In this document: piece by piece, positions 41,079-54,478 of the stretch | Layout: every line of letters starts with the position of its first letter | Numbering within the stretch: the stretch's first letter is position 1 | Source: Felis catus | Taxonomy: Eukaryota | Assembly (NCBI RefSeq): GCF_018350175.1 | Contig: NC_058368.1 | Span: 159,404,001-159,468,000 of the forward strand | Reading direction: 5' to 3' | Length of the DNA stretch: 64,000 nucleotides | The notes under the pieces: model-generated | What the model was told of the DNA's origin: nothing | Database searches by the model: none | Seen by the model: only the letters and a program-made list of their open reading frames with translations | Translations under genes and position numbers: made by a program

Positions 41079-42366
41079 AGTACACTTTAGGGTAGCACTG
41101 GCTCCAGAAGTCCCCACCAAGAAGAGTTAACTGAAATGAGTTTTCTCAGGTAATTGAATGAATTGGTTTTCCAAGTTGGTTTATTTAGTGTCATTGGTTT
41201 GGAATTTTGAGAACATCTGCCACAAACTGATATTGGTGTTAGCATAAGTAATATTAAACTATTCTTTACGTATATATTTGAACAACAGTATGTTTTGCTT
41301 TGTGAAGCTATTTCTGACTGCCAGTGGTAAAATTATGTCATTGAAAAGGATAGTTGTTTCCTATTGGTTCTGGCAGAAGGGTATACATTAAGTTCATGAA
41401 AATGTGGCATTAAATTACTTAAATACAAGTCAAAAAATTAAGTAAAAACTAGAGGACCCTACACAGTTTTATTTTACACAATTTGGGCATGAAATTTGAT
41501 CCTGATATCATGAAAACAGTTATGTTTAATCTGATTCTCACTGGAATTTTAATCCAAAGCACTGGCATCATGGGTTAAGGTAAAAACAAAACAAGACAAC
41601 AACAACAACAAAAATAACCCAAAAAACAAAAATAAAAAACAAAAACAAAAAACTTAAAAATGAAATTAAAGGAAGGAAGAAAACTATGTAGAGAAGATTG
41701 ATAATTAAAATCTCCTTGAGGGCAGAACTTTTTGATTCACTCCTTTGGAGAAGTTGAGTGCAGACTACGTGAGTACTGAGTGCTTTTTTTTAAGGCTTTG
41801 TTTATAAATTGAAAATTATTTCAAATTAAATATGTATTCATTTTTTGTCCTTTTTTATTCCTTCTCATTTTAGATTACATTGTATCCTTTCCACTCATAA
41901 TTAATGATAACATAAAGTGATGAGTCAGAATTGAAGTGTTATACTTAAAGTAATGTCAAAATTTTACTTCAGAAAATGCTGCAGGAATGTTTCTGCCCTT
42001 TTTTATTAAAATCAAATGTAATTATGTGTTTCTAGCAAAACCCAGCAACTAGTTTGATTCTAGTCTCTTGCCAAGCCTGAGATATTAAATAGCTTTGATC
42101 TTGGCAATCAAAGTGTATGCAAATACCATCAAGAGGAAGTGCCTATGTAATAAACTTGCATCTGTGTCTATCAAAAGTCTGCCTTGCAGTGGCCTGGGAT
42201 TTTTTTTTCTTTAACTGTTATTTTTCTCCTTTACATAAACATGTTATCATTAAACATATTGGCAGGCTCTTACTGGTGGGCCAGATTAATTAGCACAATG
42301 TCATGGAAAAAATTACATGTTTTCTAAATTAGGCTTCTTATGCATTCAAAGCATTTGAGGTATTTT

Positions 42367-42531
42367 AAAAATTATTGATTTACTTATTGAGAGAGAGAAA
42401 GAGAGCGAGGAAGGGAGGGAACAAAGGAGGAGAAGGGCAGAGAGAGAAGAGAGAGAATCCTAAGTAGGCTCCATGCTGTTAGCAAGGAGCCTGAGTCAGA
42501 TGCTTCATCAACTGAGCCACTCAGACACCCC
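42367..42531 (-). mobile_element. Internally deleted CanSINE
   Basis: TSD tgaggtatttt at 42356-42366 and 42532-42542. Confidence 0.88.
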
Positions 42532-45490
42532 TGAGGTATTTTGATGTTTAACACCATTAATCATTTAACAACATTTATATTAAATAAAATTGAAGTCATT
42601 GAAGCAGATTCTAACCTTTATATTTAACTTTTCTGTCTTCATGGATATTACAGCAAAACCTACTAACATATTCATAAATATCTTGAAAGTTTTTATATTT
42701 TAGGTACGATGACAAATTACTTTTTCCAAACGCATCACTGGAGTATACTGACTAATGTGCAGAACAGAATCCAACTATTATTTTATATATATATATATAT
42801 ACACAAAAATTTTTGACCTGTATTTTTTGATAATGAATATTTCTAAAACTACAAATTTTTAAGTGTTATTTTTTAATGTGTAAATGCCTTCAAGTCAATT
42901 AATATAACAGACAATTCACATATGGAGAAAATGGATTTTAATATGAAAGAAGGTAAATAGAAAACATTTTCATGAATTACACATCATAGTATTTCGTAGT
43001 TTTTTAAGTGTGGAAAGTGAATCTTCTTTGATATAGGAAAATACTAGCTACATTTACAATAAAATCTTTGTATTTAAAAAGTTAACATTTGCTTTTTTGA
43101 TAATTTGAATTAAACTTAAAGATCAATGTTGTGTCTTACATTGTAATTTTGCTAAAGCACAGACTTGAATCTCAGACAGTTGTAGGCTATTTAGGTGGAA
43201 CAAATCACTGAGCCTGTAGTGAACCTACTTGGCTAAGATCAACAGTCTTAACTGTTATTTTGTTCAAACTTCTATCATTGGTTAAAAATAACTCCCCACA
43301 TATATCCAAGTGATATTGTTTATCAAAGAGAACAAAATATGAAAAGGTCCAAAACAGTTATCTTTAAAATAGGCATTTAAGTAAGATACAGCAATGTGTC
43401 TTTAAAAGATTGTTAACACCTGATTTTCATTTAAAGGAGAATTATACAGTAAAGTAATATTTTTGATGGGGAGGTTGCAAAGGTTGAAATGTACTTGCAA
43501 AAATCTAGTAATAGCTTATGACTTTAATCCATTTTATTTTCACTCCTGTTCTTTCTTTGTGTTGGAGTGTTTCATTTCCTATTAAAATACAAATTTCTTG
43601 ATAAATTTATATTTTGGATGGCTATTTAGCTGGTCTTAATCAAGTCTTGAGGAAGCTATAAAGACTTCCAAATAAATAAGTCATTCTTCAGGGAAAACTA
43701 TCTGATTAAAATATTTACAATATGACCCCTATAAATGCCATGTGAGTAATCCAAAAATAGAACCAAATTGAAACCAAAAATTATGTGTCTGTCTGACTGT
43801 TCATTCCATGAAAATAGAAATATTCTTGTGGTATAGAAATTATGACATCTAGGCATCTCAAAAACCACATTAAACAAGAAGAGTACATTATGGGAATAAG
43901 ATCTTGGCCCTGGATTTCTTTGCCCCACAGGATAAATATCTGAAACTTTTTCATGGTGGCTTACCTAAATGTCTACTGACTTGTTGGGAAACAAACCATA
44001 CAGGGCAAGAACTAAGCCATACACTTTACTAAGTCTACAGGTAAATTTGTATGCCCTTGAATACGAGATAATTTTAGCCCTGATTCTCCATCCCCCATTT
44101 GTCCCCTTCAACAAATAGGCACCCTGCTGAAACACCTATATTATGTATATTCATTTTTGCATCATCACATGGACTGTAACCACAAGATATTGAAATGCAC
44201 TCTACCCAAAGTCAGCCTGGTTTTAATCTTGTGGTAGGAGACACAACATAAGAGGCAATGAACATTGACATTCTAGTCAGTTATAAGATCTTGGCTATAA
44301 TTACACTAATAGGGTTCAGTATCAATTGTTTTGACCTCCCAAGGAAAAGCTGTTCATATTTCACATATTTATGTACCAAATCTATAAAGTTTTAAAAATC
44401 TTGAATAGAGAAAAGAACCTTTTCAGTGTAATTTATGTCTGCTATGATGATATCTTTTCTACTCTCTCTTTTGATGTTTTAGGATACCAAATAAGAAAGC
44501 AGACAAGTTTCTGCCAAATGCTGCTTATTTACTTTTACCTAAGATTTTATTTTTTATAAGATCCATATGATTTCATACTAGTTGTTGCTTTTCATACAGT
44601 GTTTATATGTTTCACAAAAAGATCACTCTGAACCAGTTTTCAAGTTAATCAATCCCTAAATAATGATGTCACAGAATAAACATATTACATGTTTACCTTG
44701 TAACATTCAGAGTACATTCTCTACAACTATAGTCTATTATACTTGCCTATGGAAATCCTAGTGAAAATGATTACTTGTGCATCAGTGGGTCTTAAAAATG
44801 TAGTTGTAGGAGGACTACTATTAGTCCACAAAGTTTTCCCCAGGTGATCCACAGGTTGGTCTCTTGAGGGCTTAGTTTTATTATATGACAATGTCTAAAT
44901 GCCCTACTCTGTTATGAACTAACAACTGTGACATTTATTTAAAAATAAACATCACATTACCATAGTAAAATACCAATAATATTGCTAATGTTGATGTTTG
45001 AGTTGTGCTCTCAGTTGGAGTGAGTGAGATACTTGGTGAGTCATATATTTTCCTAGAGTCACCCTTGACCTGAAAAATGTAGAATAATTGTAGTTCAAAT
45101 GCTGACAAATTATTGTGTTTGTTCATATGTTTTTTCTCTGAATGGCTGTTTTTTCACAACAATCATCTTTAGTCAGTAGCAATTCTTCTGATCTGAGCCT
45201 TTTTGAAAAACATTTCTATAACTAGGGTCAAAATCTCTTGGTTTAATATTTGTTATTCTGGGATATACTTGAGTAAAATTAGTAATTATTTATAATTTCT
45301 TGATTATTAGCCTGTCTAGTTTTGCTTCAGTCAATATATACCCCCAAATGCAAAGTAAAATGGAAATACTATAGATTTCAAGCCACATAACTTGAGTTCA
45401 AATCATTTTTTGCATTTATTAACTATGCAAATCTCAGTATACTGATGAACCTTGCACAGCCTGTATCTACATTTAAAAATACCTATCCCT

Positions 45491-45702
45491 AAAAAAAAAG
45501 AGATTAGAGTGGGAGAGAGCCAAAGCATAAGAGATTCTTAAAAACTGAGAACAAACTGAGGGTTGATGGGGGGTGGGAGGGAGGGGAGGGTGGGTGATGG
45601 GTATTGAGGAGGGCACCTTTTGGGATGAGCACTGGGTGTTGTATGGAAACCAATTTGACAATAAATTTCATATATTGAAAAAAAAATAAATAAAAATAAA
45701 AA
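45491..45702 (+). mobile_element. Young felid L1 3' stub
   Basis: Same 3'UTR as the full-length L1; perfect TSD taaaaatacctatccct at 45474-45490 and 45703-45719. Confidence 0.96.
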
Positions 45703-45721
45703 TAAAAATACCTATCCCTCA

Positions 45722-45948
45722 GGGCAAGTGGGTGGCTCAGTCGGTTGAGCGTCCGACTTTGGCTCAGGTCATGATCTCACAATTTGTGAGTTTGAGCCCC
45801 ACATCGGGCTCTCTGCTGACAGCTTAGAGCATGGAGCCTGACAGCTCAGAACAGGGAGACACAGATTCTGTGTCTTCCTCTCTCTCTGTTCTTCTCCTGA
45901 TCACATGCTGTCTCTCTCTCAAAAATAAAGATTTAAAAAAATTTTTTT
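45722..45948 (+). mobile_element. CanSINE with internal rearrangement, inserted in a MIR core
   Basis: Head gggcaagtgggtggctcagtcgg; TSD aaatacctatccctcag/aaatgcctatctctcag; MIR-like flanks at 45390-45480 and 45950-46030. Confidence 0.9.
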
Positions 45949-46254
45949 AAATGCCTATCTCTCAGTGTTCATATGAAGATTAATAAGGCAGCATGGTGGT
46001 CTTAATAATAAGCACGTGGTAAGCATATAGTGTCATTGACCGTCTCTCTCCCTCCTCCACCTCACATGAGGTATATTAAATTGATATAGCCACCATGAAG
46101 GGCAATATGACGGTACATATTAAAAATGGAAATGTGTGACACTTATGTCCTAGGATGCTATGACCATCAATTCTACTTATATTTGTCTCCCTTTAAAAAA
46201 AGATGCTCACATGTACCAAGAAACATCATTGCAGTGTTGTTTATAAAAGATGGT

Positions 46255-46490
46255 TCAATATAGCAGAGTGACTCAACCCAGACGCTCAATGTAGAATCTA
46301 GATCTGAATCTCAACTCTCCCTATCACTAGCTGATAACCCTGTACAAGTCATTTTGCACAGATTTTTCCTCATTTGTAAAATGCAAATAGTAATGGTACC
46401 TTCCTTGTGTTGTTGAGATTAAATAAATTAATATAGGTAAAACATATAGAACAGCATCTGCCAATAAATGCTAAGCAAATATGAGTATTT
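46255..46490 (+). mobile_element. MIR
   Basis: tcactagctgataaccctgtacaagtca...ttttcctcatttgtaaaatgcaaatagtaatggtacc. Confidence 0.75.
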
Positions 46491-47054
46491 CTTTAATACA
46501 GCAAAATGTGGCAATATGAAATCTGAAAATATATAAGCATGTGTGGAAATTTAAATGGCATTTCAGTAGGAATCAGCTGATTTGTTTATTAAATGGTATA
46601 TAATTGTCTCTTGATCCAGAAGAGTGAAGTTCCAATTGCTAGTTCATGCAGTTTACAAATTTAAGTTTCAGATGAATTAAATATTTAAATCAAATAATAA
46701 AGCCATTAAAGATATATTACAAGGAAATAAAGAAGGATATTTGTGCAAATTTGCTTGGCATTCTTCCTTCAAGGAACTGTAGTCATTTATCAACATGGCC
46801 CTACCTTAGCCCATGACATTGCTAAAACCTGCTCTATCTGCAGTATACCGTACTTTTGTTTATACGTGTCAAGGAACTTTTGGTATATTAGGGACATTCA
46901 GCCATACATATTAAATTTTTTCCACCTAAATGATTTAATTTCCAATCTTTCTATTTTATCTGTATAATTGACCATAATTTTTATGATATAGTCAAATTAT
47001 GAATTTTTCTTTGTTACTAGTTTTCAGGTCTTGTCTGGAAAAGCCTCTTCCAGC

Positions 47055-47289
47055 CTCTCTCTCTCTCTCTATCTATATATATATTTTTTAATGTTTATTT
47101 ATTTTTGAGAGAGAGACAGATCATGATCAGGAGAGGGTCAGAAAGAGAGGGAGACACAGAATCTAAGGCAGTCTCCACACTCTGAGCTGTCAGCACAGAG
47201 CCTGACCCAGGGCTTGAACTCATGAACTGTGAGATCATGACCTAAGCTGAAGTCAGAGGTTTACCTGACTGAGCCACCCAGGCACCCCC
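47055..47289 (-). mobile_element. CanSINE
   Basis: Reverse body gagggagacacagaatc...gactgagccacccaggcacccc; (CT)n(TA)n at the tail. Confidence 0.93.
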
Positions 47290-47650
47290 ATCCAAAATAT
47301 TTAAAAATTCACCCATAGTTTTTCTTGATTAATTTTGTGTATGTGAATCTTTAGTTCATATGAAATTAATTTTCCTAAAAAAATTTGAAAATTCAATTTT
47401 ATTAAAAGTATCTGACAGATTTTATCCATGTTATTAAATAATCCAGTTCTCCCTAAGTGATTTAAATTGCCCTCTCTTTTTATCTTACACAAAACTTGAT
47501 ATGTATTTTGTTGCTAATACTTATCCTGATCCATTGATTTGGTGCCAAGTCTTATACATCAGTATTTTAATATCTGTGGTTAATTATTTTCAATTTATAT
47601 CTTCTATACCCAATTTTACCTCATTAAGCTTCTTTTAAAAGTATTCTTCT

Positions 47651-47876
47651 GGGGCGCCTGGGTGGCGCAGTCGGTTAAGCGTCCGACTTCAGCCAGGTCA
47701 CGATCTCGCGGTCCGTGAGTTCGAGCCCCACGTCAGGCTCTGGGCTGATGGCTCAGAGCCTGGAGCCTGTTTCCGATTCTGTGTCTCCCTCTCTCTCTGC
47801 CCCTCCCCTGTTCATGCTCTGTCTCTCTCTGTCCCAAAAATAAATAAAAAACGTTGAAAAAAAATTTAAAAAAAAA
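47651..47876 (+). mobile_element. Young Felis-type SINE (SINEC_Fc-like)
   Basis: CpG-rich intact head ggggcgcctgggtggcgcagtcggttaagcgtccg; perfect TSD taaaagtattcttct at 47636-47650 and 47877-47891. Confidence 0.97.
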
Positions 47877-48326
47877 TAAAAGTATTCTTCTGGCTATGCC
47901 CTCTCATGACTATAAATCTAAGTGTTGCTTAAAAACATTGGTCTGATACCACCACCACCACCTCAACTTCTACACCTGTATAGTCCTCTCCATCCCTAGA
48001 TGACCTGAGCATTACCTTGAATTCATATAGCCTTTCTGTATACAAATGGAGTATCGATCCATTTATTCAAGCCTTCCTTTATATTCTTCAGTTAACTTTA
48101 AAAATTTTTTTAGATATCTTTTGAAGATTTTGTTACATATGTTTTGCTGGTATTGTGTTTATTGCACTTTCTACCATTTATATCATACTTTGTAATTAAA
48201 ATAAGTGGGCAAATTAAAAATTCATTGACTTTTATATATTAATTTTATAAAAAGCTACTATACTGAGCTGTCTTCTAGTTTTTATGACTGAGTACAACTG
48301 AATCCTCCTTTCCAATGTTTATACTT

Positions 48327-48520
48327 TTTTTTTTGAAAGAGAGAGAGAGCACATGTGAACAGGGGAGGGTCAGAGGGAGAGTGAGAGAGAGAATCTGAAG
48401 TAGCCTCCACACTCAGCACAGAGCCCAACACAGGGCTTAATCCCACAACCCTGGGATTATGACCTGAGCCGAAATCAAGAGTTGGATGCTTAACTAATTG
48501 AACCACCCAGGCATCCCCCC
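48327..48520 (-). mobile_element. CanSINE (older type)
   Basis: TSD atgtttatactt at 48315-48326 and 48522-48533. Confidence 0.92.
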
Positions 48521-48613
48521 GATGTTTATACTTCTTATTTAATGGCCCTATCTAGTGTCAGTCAGTTGCATTTCTAGAAAAAAACAATAAAGTTAAAAAA
48601 CACTAGTGTTAGA

Positions 48614-48839
48614 GGGGCATCTGGGTGGCTCAGTCGGTTAAGCCTCCGACTTCAGCTCAGGTCATGATCTGGTGGTTAGTGAGTTCAAGCCCCACGTTGG
48701 GCTCTGTGCTGACAGCTCAGAGCCTGGAGCCTGCTTCCAGTTCTGTGTCTCCCTCTCTCTCTGCCCCTCCCCTGTTCATGCTCTGTCTCTCTCTGTCTCA
48801 AAAATAAACAAAACATTAAAAAAATAAAATAAAATAAAT
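48614..48839 (+). mobile_element. CanSINE (felid)
   Basis: TSD aaaaacactagtgt(t/c)aga. Confidence 0.96.
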
Positions 48840-50200
48840 AAAAACACTAGTGTCAGAAACCCAAGATCTATTTTGGGTTAGAGTTTTTAATATAGATTTT
48901 ATTAAGAATAAGTGTTAAATTTTATCAAATGTACTTTGACATCAGCTGAAATACTAAATGATTTTTCTGTTTTAGACTCTTACATAATTTTTGTTATAGA
49001 TGTACTATTATTAAATCTTCTGGAAATATTGTATTAAGTTTTCACCCAGATATTAGCATCAGACTCAAATTCTAGCTATGTTACTTTATACTCTCTGGTT
49101 TTCATTTTCCTGTATCTATAAATGGAGATAATGATAGAACTGAACTTATGTTTTATAAACAGTAAGTTGAATTAATGTATTTAAACCACTAAGAACAAAT
49201 TCTTGAAAAAAGCTTATGCTCAAGAAACGTAAGCAGTTACTAATGGGGTTGATTTCAGATGCTGTCTCTGTCAGATTTAGGAAAGTGTTATGCTGCTTAT
49301 GTACAAAATCTTAGGAAATATAACTGCCCATCCATAAAATCCTATAACGCTTTAAAAACAGCTTTTTAATTTCTTCCTTTAATATTGATTTAGTTGGGTT
49401 TCCTATCTATTTTTGTAGCTAATTTGGGTATTTAATAATTTATATTAAAATGTCCATTTTAGCTGGCTTTCTAAGTAAAGAATTCTCTTTAATTAATTTT
49501 AATTAATTTTTAGTGTATATTTTCCCTTTCTAATGGCAAATTTTGTGCATGTATGTATTTTTGTTGTTGTTCAGTTCAGCTAGTGCTTCATTTATTTGAT
49601 TGCCCCTTCTCACAAAAACAAAACAAAACAGCACCTGCACACCACTCAGTGAGAGTTTCTATTTGTGTGTTTGTCATCTAATTCATTATTTGTTTCTCTG
49701 TCTTTATGTAAAAATTCCTTTCTGTCCATTCTTTTATCACCTTTATTTATTTTTATACCCACTCTGTCTTACTTTACCAGCTTGAGAACAGAATGAGGTC
49801 ACTTTCCATTTAATAATTCAAATCAATTGTGCAGAATCCTCATCCTGCCCATCTTGAGAGAAGCTTTGTATTTTCTACTGGGAATTCTCAATTCTGTGAG
49901 AATGTTCTGTACCTAAAGTTTCAGTCCTATTTACTATTTCTTTCAGGAATAAAAATATCTGTAAAATCTATTCAGATGCATAGAAGCCTTGTGCTCTTCC
50001 AGTGTTACTGCCATTGCTCCCTCAGGCACTCTTGATGGATGGGTAGTCCTGGTCCTCTGCCCTGTCTAAAGCAAGCACTACCATCACTGGTCTGTAGTAG
50101 TTACCCAGGGGAGGTAAAGGTAAGTGTTAGAGAGAGGGGAGAAGAAATCTGTCTTCTCCAGTACTTTGTTCAATCATGGTTGATCACACACTATTTCTTT

Positions 50201-50446
50201 TTTTTTCCTTTGTTTTAAAAGATTGAATTCCAAGTTAGTTAATATACAGTGTAATAATGGTTTCAGGAGTAGAATTTAGTGATTCATCACTTACATATGA
50301 CACCCCGTGCTCACCCCAACAAGTGCCCATCACCCATTTAGCCCATCACCCCTCCAGCAACCCTCAGTTTGTTCTGTATTTAAGAGTCTCTTATGGTTTG
50401 CCTTCCTCTCTTTTTCTATCTTATTTTTCCTTCCCTTCCCCTGTGT
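50201..50446 (-). mobile_element. 5'-truncated carnivore L1 3'UTR
   Basis: Perfect TSD cacactatttcttt at 50187-50200 and 50447-50460. Confidence 0.93.
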
Positions 50447-52194
50447 CACACTATTTCTTTATAGGAATTTATTTCTCTCCAGTAATACACACAAATATAT
50501 GCACAAGCATATAAATACCTGCATATAGATGCCTAGTGGTCACTAGCCTACCATGCCTTGGTGAAGTGTTATAATAATTCCAGCAAAATCTTATGATAGG
50601 CTCTACTGCAGGTGTAGCAGAAATCAGGGCAAAGGGCTAGACATATGAAATTATTTGTAGTAGGATTATATTTGGAAAGTGAAAGAAAGGGAATAATGCT
50701 AGGTTTCTGGCCTGAATAACTAATTGGAAGGGTGGTAATGTACTTTGTTGATATGGGTTAAGGCACAAAAGGAAGATTTTCTGAGCAAACAATTAAAACT
50801 TTTTTTTTTTTTGAAATGTTAAGGTTGAGCTTACCTGTGAATCTAAGTGAAAAAGAGCATAGTCCTGGGTCCTTTCTTTGAGAAGCTCAGGAGGGTAGCA
50901 TTTGATTAGACTACACAAACCAGAAAAGGAGATGAGAAACAGCAGATTAAAGAATAAAAGGAATAACAGAAATAAATGGAAACTAAGAGAGAATGTTTCA
51001 GGAAGGAGGGCAGAAACATTTGTTTTTGTTGGGCTAGACAGTACCCTGGGCCAGTGCACACCTCTGAGCTCTAGGCCAAAAGACAGGGCACAGTAGATTA
51101 ACATTAACTACCTTTGTGTCTTATGCTATTGATTCCTTTGTTAATATAAAGGCATGTTAGGATTACCAAGTCCTGACAGGGAGTCACACATCCCATCTGT
51201 AGTGTCTATCTCTAGAAAGAAAGTACTATAATTAATACAACTTACTAAATTAAAAAACAACAAATTTAAAAACAAAATAAACAAAATGCAAGAACCATTA
51301 TGTAAAGATTATCCCTCATTAACAGATTTCTGTGAAAAATTCTGGAATGTGGCTCTTATTACCTTCCTCTTGTCTTCCAATGTTAACTTCAGTATTCTCC
51401 CTTTCCTGAGTTAAACAGTTTCTTAGGTATATAGTCAGGTGGGTGCCAGTGAGATTAGGGGCCTTTTGGTTAGTGCCTTGGTGAGAGATTTGGTATGAGG
51501 ATTTCTCTCACATAAGCAGAAGAACCCTAGAGTTTCCAGTTAGTGTCAAATTCTAGGAAAAGCATAGACTTCAGAGAACCCTGTTTTTTCTGGGAGATCA
51601 TTAGCTTCCCATGAGTGTGCTCATTCTTCCTGGGCCCCAGGAGACTGAGAAGAAGCCAAATAGATAGAATCATCCTAGCTTCTAAAGCTTGGAGATAATG
51701 GGCAACTTTTCCCTCATGCCTCAGCAAGGGACTGGAAACCTAAACTTTTTGAAGCTCTTAATTATCTTTTGCACTCTCCCCTTCTCACCCCTTTATGTTC
51801 CTCACCCTTCTCTCCCTCTCCCCCCAACTTGAAACATTTGCTTGCTGCATTGTATCTAATAGCCCATGCTGCTGATGAGATATCTGATGCCATGCTCATG
51901 CTTATTCCCAGGCCGTTAACATCTTTCTTTCTCCTTGAAATCTTACAGAATTTTCTCTTTGTATTTATGGTTCTGTCATTACATTAGATAAAGCTTGTAT
52001 TAGCCTTTCCATTTGAAAACTTGTTTTTAGCCCAGGCAGATGTGTGGTGTTAGATCTTTAATGGTCTCCACCATTTTAGTATCGCTATTTTCTCGAAGTT
52101 CACATTGGATAAAATTTTACATTTCTGGATTCATTCTCCAGATGACTTTATTTTTTTTAGTTCTTGTTCTCTGTCTTTTTGTCTGTCTTCTATG

Positions 52195-53310
52195 TGAGTA
52201 GCTATTGCTATAACAAACCACCCCAAAATCAGTGGCTTACAACAGTAATTATTTAGTATTACTCACAAGTCTGTGTGTCAGCTACGCAGTGCTTCTGGTC
52301 TTGGCTATATTCATAGATATTTCTGTGGCTGTTTCTAAGATTGAAGCAATAAATGTGCATTATGAGTATTTTAATGATTTTAATATATCAGCTGTCAAGG
52401 AAGTTATTAAATACTAGTAGGATATTTGGAGGAGTCAGGAGGCAAGTTGAAGATACTCCTAACGGCCAAGATGAGATAATGTGAACATCAATAGTGGCAA
52501 TAACTGCAATGTATCAAAGAACAATTAATGTGTTTAAACTCACGAGTACATAATGATGCTAAGAAAGAAAAATGAAAAACCTAATCAGTTACTTTTGAAT
52601 GAGATAAAGAAATTTAATTCTGAAAACTAAAAGTAAGGAATCAAGAATTTATCATATCTCTCCTGTACAAACTACATCTCTAGGTAACAAAATAATAGAT
52701 AAAGTGACATTTTTCTTCATATAGGCATTCCAATAAAGAAGTCAAGAAGAAATGGTCAAATTAAACATCACAGTTGTGCAACTCCTAATGGATTAATGAT
52801 TGAAGCAATGCACATCAGTGTCTGCTAACATTACAAAAAAGACAGCAAACCAGAATGTGCAATATTCTCATTAAAAACACAAGCCTCTAAATCCAAGTCA
52901 ATTTACAGAAAATGTAGGACATTTTAAACTATACCATGTGAACACAAGTAACCAAGTTCAGACTGGGAAACTCACAAGACCAATTCTCCAGTTTCTCCAG
53001 CAAGTAAATTACAAGGGATAAAAGAAAATGATAAAGAGGGCAAACTCAATTATGATATTTAGGGATGCACACCTGATGATAAAATCATAAAGAAAAGCAG
53101 ATAAGTGTTTACCATAGAATTTATCATAGTGGCTACTTTTGGAGGGAAAGAGGGATTGTGTTTTGAAGGGAGCACATGGTGGTCACAAAAAATTATTCCT
53201 ACTTGGGGAGTTGGTTAAATCATGGTCAAATTTCAGTAATTCAGTAAGCTCCATATATGTTTAAATATTTTATTTTTATGTATTTGTACTAAGTTTAAAA
53301 GTATTTTTAA
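52195..53310. mobile_element. MLT1-like fragment (~52195-52330) followed by an L1MC-type 3' region
   Basis: gctattgctataacaaaccaccccaaaatcagtggctta; aacatcaatagtggcaataactgcaatg; tatttagggatgcacacctgatgataaaatcataaagaaaagc. Confidence 0.6.
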
Positions 53311-54478
53311 CTGAATGAAAAAGCAAAGCTTGTGGGATGAAGTTAAGCAGTACCATGAAGCTTACCAGCCTTACTTATCTTAACCATAAAAAGGACCAAT
53401 AGATCAATGCAATCCAGAGCTATACCCTGACAATCTGAACAAATTAGACCTCTCTGCCAGGGACCAACGCTTCCAAAGAGCTAATGGTCTGGCAAATGTC
53501 CTAACAGTTTCCCAGTCTTGCTGGGAAAGCTCTATGGAGTCCTGATCTTTTCCAGGCTATAAAGCAAATATGTAATGATACATTTAGATTTAATGGGGAG
53601 AATTTTTTTGCTTATATAGGATATTTAAGAAAGAGCTGCTGTAGGAAACAAATGAGTAAGACATATTTCTCGATCCTTTCACATAATTTCCAAACACAAG
53701 ATATGTGCCAATTAGAATCTGAAATCTTTCATATTAACTATCTTTATTCCATATTACATAATGCTTGTGAATCCAAGAACAATGAGATAATAATTTTCAT
53801 TTAGAATGAAAAAAAATTATTACTCTGAGCAATCATTGTTTTTTTTTCTGTTCTTGTAAAAGTTTTTATTTAAATTCCAGTTAATTAGCATACAGTATAA
53901 TATTAGTTTCAGGTGTGCAATATACTGATTCAACACTTCTGTACAACACCCAGTGCTCATCACAACAAATTCACTCCTGTTTAACCCATTCCCATATGCC
54001 CCTTTCTTCTCCTAACCATCAGTTTGTTTTCTATAATTAGAGTCTCTTTTTTGTTTTGCCTCTCTTTTCTTTTTGCTGATTTGTTTTGTTTCTTAAACAT
54101 ATGAGTGAAATTAAATGGTATTTGTCTTTCTCTGACTGACTTATTTCGTTAGCATTATACTCTCTAGCTCTATCCATGTCATTGCAAATGGCAGGATTTC
54201 ATCTTTTTTATAACTGAGTAATACTCCATTGTATATTTATACCACATCGTTTTTTTCAATATATGAAATTTATTGTCAAATTGGTTTCCATACAACACCC
54301 AGTGCTCATCCCAAAAGGTGCCCTCCTGAATACCCATCACCCACCCTCCCCTCCCTCCAACCCCCCATCAACCCTCAGTTTGTTCTCAGTTTTTAACAGT
54401 CTCTTATGCTTTGGCTCTCTCCCACTCTAACCTCTTTTTTTTTTCCTTCCCCTCCCCCATGGGTTTCTGTTAAGTTTC

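Larger units (their letters stand above)
46880..52190 (-). mobile_element. Ancient fragmented L1ME/HAL1-like scaffold, interrupted by SINEs, MIR (~49050-49240), an L1 stub and L2 (~50600-50960)
   Basis: Scattered degenerate reversed-L1 motifs (gtcaaattatgaattttt...aaagcctcttcc; tgttaaattttatcaaatg; agaattttctctttgt); boundaries approximate. Confidence 0.45.
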
